Source of the DNA: Pocillopora damicornis
Lineage: Eukaryota
Assembly (NCBI RefSeq): GCF_003704095.1
Contig: NW_020843614.1
Coordinates: 372,001 to 436,000 of the forward strand
Reading direction: 5' to 3'
DNA: 64,000 bases
Part shown: one piece after another, positions 11,631-22,800 of the stretch
How positions within the stretch are numbered: the first letter of the stretch is position 1
Layout of the letters: every line of letters begins with the position of its first letter
Made by a program: the position numbers and the translations under genes
The notes under the pieces: model-generated
Seen by the model: only the letters and a program-made list of their open reading frames with translations
Databases searched by the model: none
What the model was told of the DNA's origin: nothing

Positions 11631-12889
11631 AGACAAGACAGAGAGGCACATAAAACTGATAAATATCGTAAAAAAATCGTAAGTTTGTTGGAGCGTGACT
11701 TGAGCGTGATAGGTCTAAAAGTTCGGTCACAACGTTTAGTTTGTGATCATTTTTCAACGATACTTTTTGTAAAACTTATCTTCAGCAATGTAAAGTCGCA
11801 TTTGCTAGCAAAATTTTGTCATCTACGAAACGGCAGTAATTTGGAATTTTTTATCTACACAAGTTTGAGTTATATCTACTTTGATTGCGTAGGTTCATAA
11901 TTATTTATTTTTGGTGTCATCCTGCATTCTCAAAATTTGGAAAAAAAATGATCAGAGTCTAAGTATAAGTTCTCCAAAGTACCAAACGATTTTGACGCAT
12001 AAAAAAAGCTTCAAAAGCCCTCAAAAATTGCTAAGTGGTTTATCTTTGGAAAATCAACTATATAAGGGGATTTTCTATGAAAGCCAAAGTTGCAAGGTTA
12101 GGTAAAAATAAAATAGGTAAAAAAGATGGTTTGATTTCTAGCGTTCGAAAGTGAAACAAACTTAAACGTTTCTGAGTTAAAACTCTCATGCAAAGAACGC
12201 TATGTTGGTACACACGCCTGGCTGTTGGTGCGCTGAGAGGACTGGTGACTAACCTAACGTTGTGTTTTCATCCATAACTATTGAGACACCTGTAACGCGC
12301 AGGTACATCGGCAGAACTCTAAGCAGTAACTAAAAGAGATTCCAGAGTAACATCATGTAAAACTTTACCATTTGTCTCTTCCTCTTTGGACTGAACAGAC
12401 ATTGATTATAAAAGACTCTCCCTCAAGAAGAAGGATTCCTCAACAGAATAAATTAAGAGAGTATATTAGAGAGGGAAGTCCGATCGCCTGTTCATGCAGG
12501 TAAGCGACACTGTTCAGGTTGACATCACTCGAAGTTATGAGCTGTTGATCTTGTTATTTTTCTTAGCGGGTAAAAGGTGCTATTGTCATATATATTTCTA
12601 TCATATTTACCTTCACTGCGTTATTGAATAGCTTATCAAAAGCGAAGTTTTTCTTACTTTTGTGGAAATGTAACAACAGATGAGATGTTTAATTGGCAGT
12701 GATTTCTAATTTGTCTCCTAAAAGAGCTTATTGGGTTAATCTCTTGATTTTTCGGGTTGTTTCATGGGCAATTGAAGCCATTTTTAAAATCAACGGCAGA
12801 AGAAGAGCTTGCAGAGAACAGCTCTTGTCAAACACCTTAGATTCATATTGATCTGTCAATGACAGTACGAGTTACAGGTTGTACGTCGC

Positions 12890-13140
12890 CGCAGTTTATC
12901 TGACCGGGCAATGACTCAAGTTTCTACAGCGTGAAGCGACAAAAAACATGGTTAATCTTCTCAGACGGGATTAGTGCTAATTCATCGCAGATTATCCCTT
13001 GGTGAGTCCATTTTTAACTCCAGGATGGAGAAAAGCACTGCGAGAGAAAAGTAGCTCGGCAATAAACGCAACTACTTAACTCGGCTTAGGCTCGAGCCCG
13101 CAGATGTCGATCATGAGTCCAGCACACTTACCACAAAATA
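12890..13140 (-). mobile_element. Degenerate SINE-like repeat
   Basis: The minus strand has a degenerate tRNA-like head followed by ttctccatcctggagttaaaaatggactc, similar to the tctccacccag...atgggt core at 46208-46240. Confidence 0.4.
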
Positions 13141-15024
13141 TTCCCGTCTCCCTCGGTTAGTGAAAAGGGGTTGGAAAACCTTTTCCAGCTTGGAGTCAAG
13201 CGTTTAAATAACTTGGAATTTACAAAGGGACCATTCAATATACGTGAATTTTATGAGACATACAAACAATATAAATTGACACCGTGAGATACCTATCGAT
13301 ATCTAAATTGATTTTTTAAAGAAAGATTGTTTACTTTAAAAAAAAGATACCTGATTCACATTTTTATTCTGGTCACAATTTTTTTTAAGTTGGAAGTCAC
13401 ACCTGAGAGACATTGTCTTGGTAGTGTTTTCTCTTGTATAAAATAACATGCAGGGTACAAGGCATCCACAGTCGTAAAAAAAAAATAACACCATTCATCT
13501 GCGTTCCCCTTGACTTTATAGAGCCATATTTTGGGTTAAATACAATCTAATAAAACGTAACTGATTTGCGTGATTTCGTTTGCCTGATTTCGTTATATTT
13601 CAGTGATCGATGTATATTTATGTTTGCTTAGGACATAACTATGCTCGCGCCTGCTCTGATTGGTCAAAATTTTGTCATCGTGACTCGCAAACGTTTCTTT
13701 TGTTATCATAACATTCCGCGTGACTGAACACGCTGGTTAACTTGTGGAAAGGGTGGCTCGAAGTTCAAAAATATATACATATATGTTTGTCTATTCAGGT
13801 GCTGTTTAAAATTATGGTGCGGTTAAATTTCGGTCTACATTTCATAGGAGTTTCTGGACTGAAATTTTCTTTTTACTCCAGGAACGTCCGTTTAACAAAA
13901 GATCCGCCCCTTCATTGTCAAAATAAAGAATTACAACCTCTAATCAACAACCCACTTGATTTAATTAATCTGAACCTCTCAAGGTACAGTACGGCTCCTA
14001 TGATTTACATGATGTAATATCTTGACTTCTTAAGTTGCATTTTCATCGAAGGGATTTCCTTTTCAGGTTGTTTTCATTTATAAAATACTTTTTTGATCAT
14101 GATCTATGTAAAACAAACCTGTTGGAAGCGCTTGGCCTAGATTAATACAAATAAGTCAATACATGATTTCCTTAAAAGGCGTTTAGTGTAGATTTTGAAA
14201 AGCAAAAGAAAACTTGTAACTTTGATTCAAGGTTTACTATTTTCAAAATCACTGAGTAATAGAGAGAGTACTATCTTACTTGATTCGAACATAAAACACT
14301 CAAGCACAAATTAATCACGGCCACTTGAAAAGTAATTTTTTTGAATGAGCTGCTGGGCAGAGATTACGAAAGTGTATAGAAAAGTTTATATCATGAGAGT
14401 GCAGAAAGTAAAGACTATTCATGATGAAAAAAAATAATCAGATGAGAATTATTGAACTAAAAGGACTATTTATATGAAGGCAACAAATTTCCGTAGGTGG
14501 ATTTAATTCAACAAGTACAGAGCATTAGCCAATTATATTTTAACACACCCGTTTGGCCACCTGTTAAAATGGTCAATTGGTCATCTTCTGAGAATGTCGT
14601 GCATTGGAAGGTGTCAATTGAAAAAGGTCCCTAGCATATCATTATTATGTGCTCGCGGTTTATATATTCATTCACTTGCTCGATTCTTCGCTAGAATTTA
14701 CACAAGAACAAAACACTTTTCTTGAGTGAAGGCCAATGGTAAATGCTTTCAGCAACGATTTTTCCTGAGAGATCGATTTTTTTTTCGTCGGGGCGTTGAA
14801 CTCAGAAACTGAACTTTGAGTTAAAATTGAGGTCAACAATGTTTGATACGGTGATTATTCTATGCGGGGCGTGACAAAATAAGGTCAAGGCCGCAGGCTG
14901 AGTTGTCTGACAAGAAAGTTACAGGTGTGAACGAGGTTATGTTTCGGGATTTCGCTCAGCAAGCTCTAAATGACACACATCTAAGTGAAGTATGATATGT
15001 TTACCGCGATCTAACCAGTAAGAT

Positions 15025-16341
15025 ATGGATCTGGTGTACCATGATAGCTCTCTATCACTCGTCGCTAACGAGGAGTGTGGAATAAGATCCTGCAGGCCTC
15101 CAAGAATTGAAGAATTCCCTCCTGATCTGTTCAACCAGGAGCAGAGATTTTACGGTGGAGTTACGTTTCATCTTCTAGTTTGCCTCCATATCTTTTGCGC
15201 TTTGACTGTTGTCTGCGACGACTACTTCGTGGCATCGCTGAACCGAATCACCAAATGTTTGGGTCTTAAACCAGATGTGGCCGGTGCTACCTTCATGGCT
15301 GTGGGAAGCTCCGCACCGACACTCTTTATCTCAATAATATCGACATTTTTCACAGAAGGAGACATCGGCCTCGGAACAATAGTTGGCTCGACTATATTCA
15401 ACACACTTTTCATCATAGCCTTGTGTGGTATTGGCGCTGGTTTGACGATGCGTTTGAAATGGTATCCGCTTTTTAGAGATTCTACCATGTATGTAATTAG
15501 CGTGATCATCTTGATGATTTCGATTTACGATCGGAAAGTTCATTGGTATGAAAGCGCCGCGTTTTTCATCTCATACTCTGTTTACATTATTGTGATGTAT
15601 TTCAACTCAAATATTGAGGAATGGTCCATGAAACTGAAAGATCGGATAATAAAACCCAACGCCGAAGCAGATTCTGAAGTTGATGAGAAAGGTCAAGATA
15701 CTGAAGCTGAAACTTTAGAAAATGATTCCTCCCACGAGGAAGAAAATCGTTTTAAAACACCAAAAGGATTTTTCTCAAGGATAGTTTGGATTTTCACTTT
15801 ACCTTCCATAGTTTTATTTTATATAACAATTCCAGATTGCCGTAAGAAGGAATGGCGAAAATTTTACTTGGTAACATTCACAGTTTCGGCCTTCTGGATG
15901 GGTGGGTTATCGTACATTTTAGTCTGGATGGTTTCCCTCGTGGGATTCACTTACAATATCCCAGAATGCGTCATGGGTATGACATTCCTTGCTGCGGGCA
16001 GCAGTCTCCCAGACGCCATCGCTAGCTTGGTGGTCGCTAAACAAGGAAGCGGAGATATGGCTGTATCAAATTGTATTGGCAGCAATGTTTTCGACATGTT
16101 ATGCCTTGGAATTCCATGGATGATCAAAACTACTATAATCACTCCGAGCAGTGTAGTTCACATTCAAAGCGAGAACATATTTTTTACTTCAGGGATTTTG
16201 ATAGCTAGTATCATTTGTACAGTGTTACTGATAGCTCTTAACAAATGGCGGTTAGACGAGAAACTAGGCGTTATTTTTCTTGTTATGTATTTGATTTTTC
16301 TTGGTATTGCTACATTTATCGAAGTGCTGCCTTGTTGCTGA
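15025..16341 (+). CDS. SLC24/NCKX-like K+-dependent Na+/Ca2+ exchanger, intronless CDS (paralogue A)
   Basis: EFPPDLF, VCDDYFVASL, alpha-1 DVAGATFMAVGSSAPTLF, GTIVGSTIFN, PLFRDS, TIPDCR, alpha-2 GMTFLAAGSSLPD, GDMAVSNCIGSNVFD. Confidence 0.92.
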   Translation: MDLVYHDSSLSLVANEECGIRSCRPPRIEEFPPDLFNQEQRFYGGVTFHLLVCLHIFCALTVVCDDYFVASLNRITKCLGLKPDVAGATFMAVGSSAPTLFISIISTFFTEGDIGLGTIVGSTIFNTLFIIALCGIGAGLTMRLKWYPLFRDSTMYVISVIILMISIYDRKVHWYESAAFFISYSVYIIVMYFNSNIEEWSMKLKDRIIKPNAEADSEVDEKGQDTEAETLENDSSHEEENRFKTPKGFFSRIVWIFTLPSIVLFYITIPDCRKKEWRKFYLVTFTVSAFWMGGLSYILVWMVSLVGFTYNIPECVMGMTFLAAGSSLPDAIASLVVAKQGSGDMAVSNCIGSNVFDMLCLGIPWMIKTTIITPSSVVHIQSENIFFTSGILIASIICTVLLIALNKWRLDEKLGVIFLVMYLIFLGIATFIEVLPCC

Positions 16342-16843
16342 GCACAGAAAAACGGGTTTTGAAATAACCCATGCTAGCCGTAGGTTAACAGATATGGCTC
16401 AGTGGCGGAAATCGAGAAGATTTTGATATGTGTCAATAAATCAACTGTTCATTTAGTGGCGGAGTATTCTATTATCTTTTCCTACCATGAACCCTCAACC
16501 ATGTTAACCCCTGAATACTCAGAAGGGATTCACATCTAAGGCGTATGATTTTCGCGATCTTTGGGCATTTATCGAATCATGATCACCTGCGATTTAAAGC
16601 TTTCGTCACAAATTAACGAAAACCAGGCATAACTTAGCAGCTCATTTGTTGAAAGCGATGAAAAAAACCGCAAGGCAGATTTATGTCTCTAATTCTCTTG
16701 ACTTCCCTTAAAATTGTTCGAAAGTTTAAACCACAGCTGATCGAGACTAAGGTATCAATTGTGATCCGTTGTCTTTCAAACTTTTCTTCATTTCAGGTGT
16801 AGCTTGTCCTTAGAAACAGATGACAAGATAAAACCTTACAACA

Positions 16844-18736
16844 ATGGATCGACTTCCCAGGAAACTCAGCGTCCTTCATCATATTCGTCACGTTAAACGG
16901 CACTTCTTCAACTGTAGCAGCCACAATATTATCAATGTACTGCAATATGAAACGCTGTTCTCACTGCAGCAGAGGCGAGAAGGAGCCGTTGTTATACACA
17001 CCCTGGTATGCCTGTACTGCTTTGGGGCACTAGCAGTTTTGTGTGATCATTATTTTTGCGCGTCACTTGAAAAACTATGCAAACGGTGAGTAGTATAGTT
17101 ATCTTTGGTTTTTAGAGATGAACGAAAGGGATACGTTTTTGCATGATGTGTACATTTCAGCCTTTTTACATCTTTAGATTCAGCAAGCAACTGAAATCTT
17201 TTAGGGCACACAGTGTCTGAAAACAATTGTAACTGGCTAACATCACTACACTTTTTGCTTCTAGAGTTCACAGATTAACTGTAAAAATGTCCAAAAAGTA
17301 ATAAAAAAAACTGTTTGCGTTAATTTGGGAGGTACATTTACTAAGCTTTAGAAGTCAAAAACTGATGTTTTAAACTGATGTTCAAAATACTTTTTACTCG
17401 CTTTAGACTACGTATCCCGACAGACGTTGCAGGCGCAACATTCATGGCTGCTGGTAGTTCTATGCCCACACTGTTCATCGCAATTGCTTCCGTATTCATG
17501 GGTGAGGGTGATATAGGCCTGGGTACTATTATTGGTTCAACTATGTTCAATATCCTCTTCATATCGGCCATTTGTGGGCTGTGTTCTGGTATCTCTATAG
17601 CTCTTCGGACGTGGCCGCTTTTGAGGGATTCTGTGGCATACACTATACATCTGACCGCTCTGTTAATTGTCATAGAGGATAACATAGTTCACTGGTACGA
17701 AGCCTTGGTGTTTCCATTCTTATATCTTGGTTACATAATAGTTATGTGCTTCAATAAGAAACTCGAAGGTTTGTTTGAGAGAGTTTGCGAAAAGTTTTTC
17801 CATTTACGGAAGGGATTTGAAATGGTCTCAATGGAGGACCCCCACGAAAATGCCGTTGGGAAAGGCAATGGTCAGGAAGCCCTGGAAAAATCCGGGGAAG
17901 AGGATTTAAGAAACAACGAAATTATTACCGACAAAAGCAAGAATGAAATGAAAGACACTGACTGCGGTAGAGAAGGAAGGGGAGTCAATGATCCCGATAC
18001 CTCCTCTTCTCAAGCTCATGGTTTTTCAGAAAAATCTCCGTTCGAAATTCCCAAGAGTTCTTTTCAATTAGTGATCTGGGTGATCATGTTACCTGTCCAC
18101 GCCCTTTTCTTCCTCACAATGCCCGACTGTCGCAAGAAAGGTTGGGAGAACTGGTACCCAGTCACGTTTGTAGTATCCATCCTATGGATGGCCCTCATAT
18201 CATACGTACTCGTGTGGACTGTGTCAGTCATAGGCGAGACTTTTGATATACCAGAATGCATCATGGGACTGACACTATTGGCAGCTGGTTCTAGTGTCCC
18301 GGATGCTATTGCAAGTCTTGTAGTCGCTAAACATGGAATGGGAGACATGGCTTTGGCTAATTGTGTTGGTAGCAATATCTTTGACGTCCTCTGCTTAGGT
18401 CTTCCATGGTTTTTAGCCACGACTGTTGTTCATCCGAAAAGCGTCGTTTTAATTCACAGTGGACATGTAGTTTATACATCTTTGTGCCTGTTTGGCACAG
18501 TTTTAGCAACATTATTCGTGATACACCGAAATAGTTGGAGATTGGATAAACGTTCGGGAGGTATACTATTGTTAACCTATATTGTTTTCTTATCAGCGGC
18601 TGTCATTTTAGAAGCTCTTCCCGGGGGGCCTGGAGGTCAGGGGGATGGTCCTAAATTAAGTCCACATCACCCGGGTCACCTGCCAAATAAGGGCCTAGGG
18701 CATCACAAAAATGCTCATTTAAAGAAAGTCACGTGA
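16844..18736 (+). CDS. SLC24/NCKX-like exchanger (paralogue B)
   Basis: Exons 16844-17085 and 17407-18736 (CG|A join, CKR-LRIP). Same alpha-1/alpha-2 motifs (DVAGATFMAAGSSMPTLF; GLTLLAAGSSVPD; GDMALANCVGSNIFD). An upstream acceptor tttcag ending at 16796 suggests a 5'UTR intron. Confidence 0.92.
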
Positions 18737-18774
18737 CAACCGATGGTTACTGAGTGAATTATTGCGGGCGTTTT

Positions 18775-18979
18775 TTAACCCTTTAACTCCGAAGATCTGA
18801 TTGTTAATTCTCCCCTCTAACACAATTCTTGTGAATAAGTTATGAGAATTTGGTGTTATATCAAGATAACAACTTCTTCCAACTAAGTTTGAATATTCTC
18901 ATTACCTGTTTGCTGGATAATATACAGACATTATAGGGAGAAGTTACAAGTTAATCACTTCTGGGAGTTAAAGGGTTAA
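18775..18979. mobile_element. piggyBac-like MITE (TTAA target, CCCTTT termini)
   Basis: ttaaccctttaactcc ... ggagttaaagggttaa, perfect terminal inverted repeats; about 205 bp. Confidence 0.85.
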
Positions 18980-19269
18980 AAGATTCCTCTTGGGAGGTCG
19001 ATAATCTGCTCCCGAATAGAATCTTTGCTTAGCTACAGTCATTGCACCACGGCTTAGATGCCAAAATATCAATATCAAATAAGTTGCTCGAAAAGAGTCA
19101 CTCATAAAATGCATCAACTGCTGCGAACCTCAACGGTATTATAACAGTAAAATTTACAAGAAAACTCGAAAGCACCTAGAAAAAAGAAGTACCGGTATTG
19201 TTTTGGCCAGTGGAAGGGTCTGTGTATCAACTGGAATTGAAGCAAGGCTCAGTTGGTATAACATAATCA

Positions 19270-19274
19270 ATATT

Positions 19275-19312
<38 letters not shown>

Positions 19313-19358
19313 TATTATTACTATTATTATTATCAGCATCATTACAATTTTCATTATT
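19270..19358. repeat. (ATT)n microsatellite
   Basis: Direct inspection. It generates the spurious poly-Ile ORFs. Confidence 0.92.
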
Positions 19359-19838
19359 ACACAGCTGGAGGTATGGGGCAAGCAACTGCGAAATCTATGT
19401 AATGGGTAGAACCAATGTATTAGCCGGAGTTAAATTTAATGAAAGAAGAAACAGGTAGCTTAAAGTATTTATTCGGATTTTTTTTTTTGCACATTGACAA
19501 CCTAATATCTCTTCGTATACTCTTTACAAATTCCTTACATTGTTTTTCGAATGAATTTCCTAGAAATTATAACATACTTTGTTGTTGCTTTTTTTTTTTA
19601 CTCTCTGTAAGTCAAGTTAAATTAAATGTCTATGTTCTGCGCATTCGTTAAAAAAATGGAGAGAAAAAAATAAATTATTTTTACCATCAGATTCAGACAT
19701 TGTAGTTAAATACAAAACTATAGCTTAGGAGAAATTCTACTGAGTTTCCCAAAACTATTCTAACGCTCAGAGGTTCTACATAGTCAAACCTTCTGATTCT
19801 TGTTATAAAAGCCATGTGTTTCTATGATACTTTGGAAT

Positions 19839-22800
19839 TTACGAGGAGAGAATGGTGTCACAAGTTCGTAACAGGAGAGATAGAGAAGCGTTTCGGTCTC
19901 TGTGCCACCTGAAAGAATGAAACAAAGTCACATAAAGAAAAGCTACAAAGCAGGAAACACTGTTGTGATAAACGTCAGACACTGAGTCATCGTAACGGCA
20001 AAGGGGGCTGTTCTTTGGTTCTAGAAGACACGCCCATTTCTAACATGGTTTAGCGAGAACGGGAGGCTTGCGAGAGGCTTCAAAAATTATTTCTGACATA
20101 CCTTCCGCTGTAAACTTCTGAATCCGGGCTTAGGATCACAGGTGCCACACTAAAAATAGTGCAGACAAAGTTTTCTGGTTAGTTCATGAAACGAAGAGCC
20201 TTGTGAGCAAAGCTTGGTCGCGAAACGTTTTCACTCCCTATGTGCAGTGCGCGAAATTTCAATACTGCGCTCCCAGGCACGCAAGTGTTTATTTTGCGGT
20301 CCTCAGTAAGAGGAAGTGACTGCCTGGTAGGTAATAATGTGACACAGAAAGGTTCAAACGTTGCAGCCCTTGTAAACAAGATTCAAACACATCAATCGAG
20401 CCAAGGCTCGAAATAGGATCTTGCGATCCGTAGAACAGCGCGTGAACCGTATGACCATGGCGATTCTTCTTAGATTTTGGTAAAGGAAGGTAAGAAAATG
20501 GAGAAAACGTTGAGCAATAAAAGGCAATATTAGCAGCTCTTACTTGGGTAGTTTTAAAAGGTTGATAAGTTCTTGCGCTCGCAACAGAAGATCTGGGTAG
20601 CAGTCCGGGTCTGAAAGAAGGTCCTATCAAAAACAGGAAACATTTTTGTTAAGAGACAAAGGTCCGTCCAAACACAGATGAGGTAAAGTGCAGTATTACT
20701 TAAAAAAGCAAGAGAGGGCGACGAGCATTCCACCACAACAAGTAGAAGACGAAACAAAACAAGAACCAACTCACGGGTTTTTGCCGCACCACTTTGCTCA
20801 AGCATAAAATAGCTCTTTGGATCACATCCTGACATCTCGAAGCAAGCTACAAGAGAAGAAAACAAGAATAAAACAAGAATCTCTTTCACTCCTACAGCTA
20901 AGGCCGTCATAAGTATTCTTTACAACAGACAGTGTATTTTTAAGTAATTATTTCTGGTTTCGTCGATTAACTTACATCAAATTATCAACAAAGATTGTAT
21001 CTGCTTGCCATCCAGGATTCAATTGTATGGATAAAGAATACTAAAATCTATATGACGATGTCCCAGTGAAACATCCAATTCACCTTACTTCACAGTAAAG
21101 CAAGAATAGTGAAAAGTCATAAGAATACCTCGAAAAAAAACTACATTGATACAATTAAACTGATGAGGTACATTATCATTTGGCTCGCAATACACTCATT
21201 CACCTTAGATCATGAAGTCGAAAAGTGATCATCAAAGGAAAGCCATAAATCAGTTCTTGAGAGAACCGAGATACAATAAAAAAACTAATAATAACTCAAA
21301 TCTCACCTTGGCGAGTGTTGTCATTAAAACTGAGACAAGTCTTCCGCTAAAAGACACCTGAGGAAAGAGAAACAAACTGTTGAATGGCAAAAGAGAAAGG
21401 AGAGCTGATTTACTATTTACACTTCGCAGCTCATTTCCTCAGTCCTTAGTAATTACGGGGGAGGTACTTTGCTAAGAAGGGACAAGTTCACTAGAAACGA
21501 TGACACATACCTTTCGTGGTGCGCTCTGCCCTAAAACTTCATACGTCAAAGCTTCAAGTGCCTAGTAAATAAAAAAATAAATAATTAAATAAAAACAGTG
21601 GTAGTTAGAAAAGCATCTAAATATTGAGTTAAGATGAGCTGCGCCTTTAAAATAGGCAGAGTTGAAAAGTTCTACAGATGAAAGAGGCAATATTATTCGC
21701 TTAGTCATCAAACAGAAAATAATAAAGTACCTCAAAATATTGGACGATGTGTTGCACCGTGCATCCACCATCATGTGAGGACGACGCAAACTCGCCAATC
21801 ACCCAAACCTATTGATGTCCAATAAAATTATGTCAAGTACGTCTTCTTCTTTAAGGCAGCAGCAAGATAAAAAAAGCTCTTAAACAGAGACATAACAATA
21901 ATAATAGCCGCAAATAAGCTGATTAGAGTGCTTTCAATCTGCTGTCAAACAACTTGAATGGATTTTTCTTCATCAGCTAAAGTTCCCTTTTTCTTGCTGT
22001 TCTACTCACCAAGTGAACAAAGAAGTTCTCTTTGGACGGCCCAAGGTTCTTAAGGCCGCTGACAAAGTCCATGATGTCCTGTTGAAACCTGACAATCAGG
22101 TTTGGGTATTTTTGACACAATTGTACCAATCTCTCTGATAGCAACCTAGTAGTAAGTATATCACTGGTGTGAGCACCGGCGTTAATCAAGATTTATCAAG
22201 ATTTCACGACATCTATAGCATTAATGGACGGCTTGGACCAGCGGATAGGAAAGTCTTATCACGCGATTGAGTTCATCCCTCTTAACTCGTTCCTGAGTGA
22301 CGTCACATTGCTTTAAAGCCGAGCGAAAAACATACAGTGATTTGACACAGGCTGTGTAAATATTTCCTATATATATCAATTTTTGATTGGTGTCGTAAAA
22401 CGCAGCCAAAGTTGGTCCAAAGTCCCATCATTACAAAGGAAAATATCACATGTCAACTTCCTAGAGCGCGGGAAAACAGCAAGGACAAAAACACAAATCT
22501 TTTCAGCTTTGCATGTGATTGGATGAGGGGGGACCCGTTTTCCAAGAAAATTGCAGGGCTTAATTAAAAAAATAAATATCTCGGAATACTGTCGACACTA
22601 AATTGAAAATTGCTCAAAGCACAAAGAATACTCACTCGTGAATCTCTTTGCGGTAGTTTTTCACATGATAAAGAAGGCCGACTCTCTCCAATATAACTGG
22701 TACCATTCGGCTAGCAGTCTCTTCGTCTGCCTCTTCCAGGATAGTCGAAAACATCACGCTAAGGATAATTAAATTGCAAATATTATAAAAAAACATACTG

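Noticed and set aside
15222-18420. Several antisense ORFs over the NCKX genes
   Set aside because: Shadow frames of hydrophobic coding sequence; no independent motifs.
19154-19409. Poly-Ile ORFs on both strands that look like membrane peptides
   Set aside because: Produced by the (ATT)n microsatellite; no splice or homology support.
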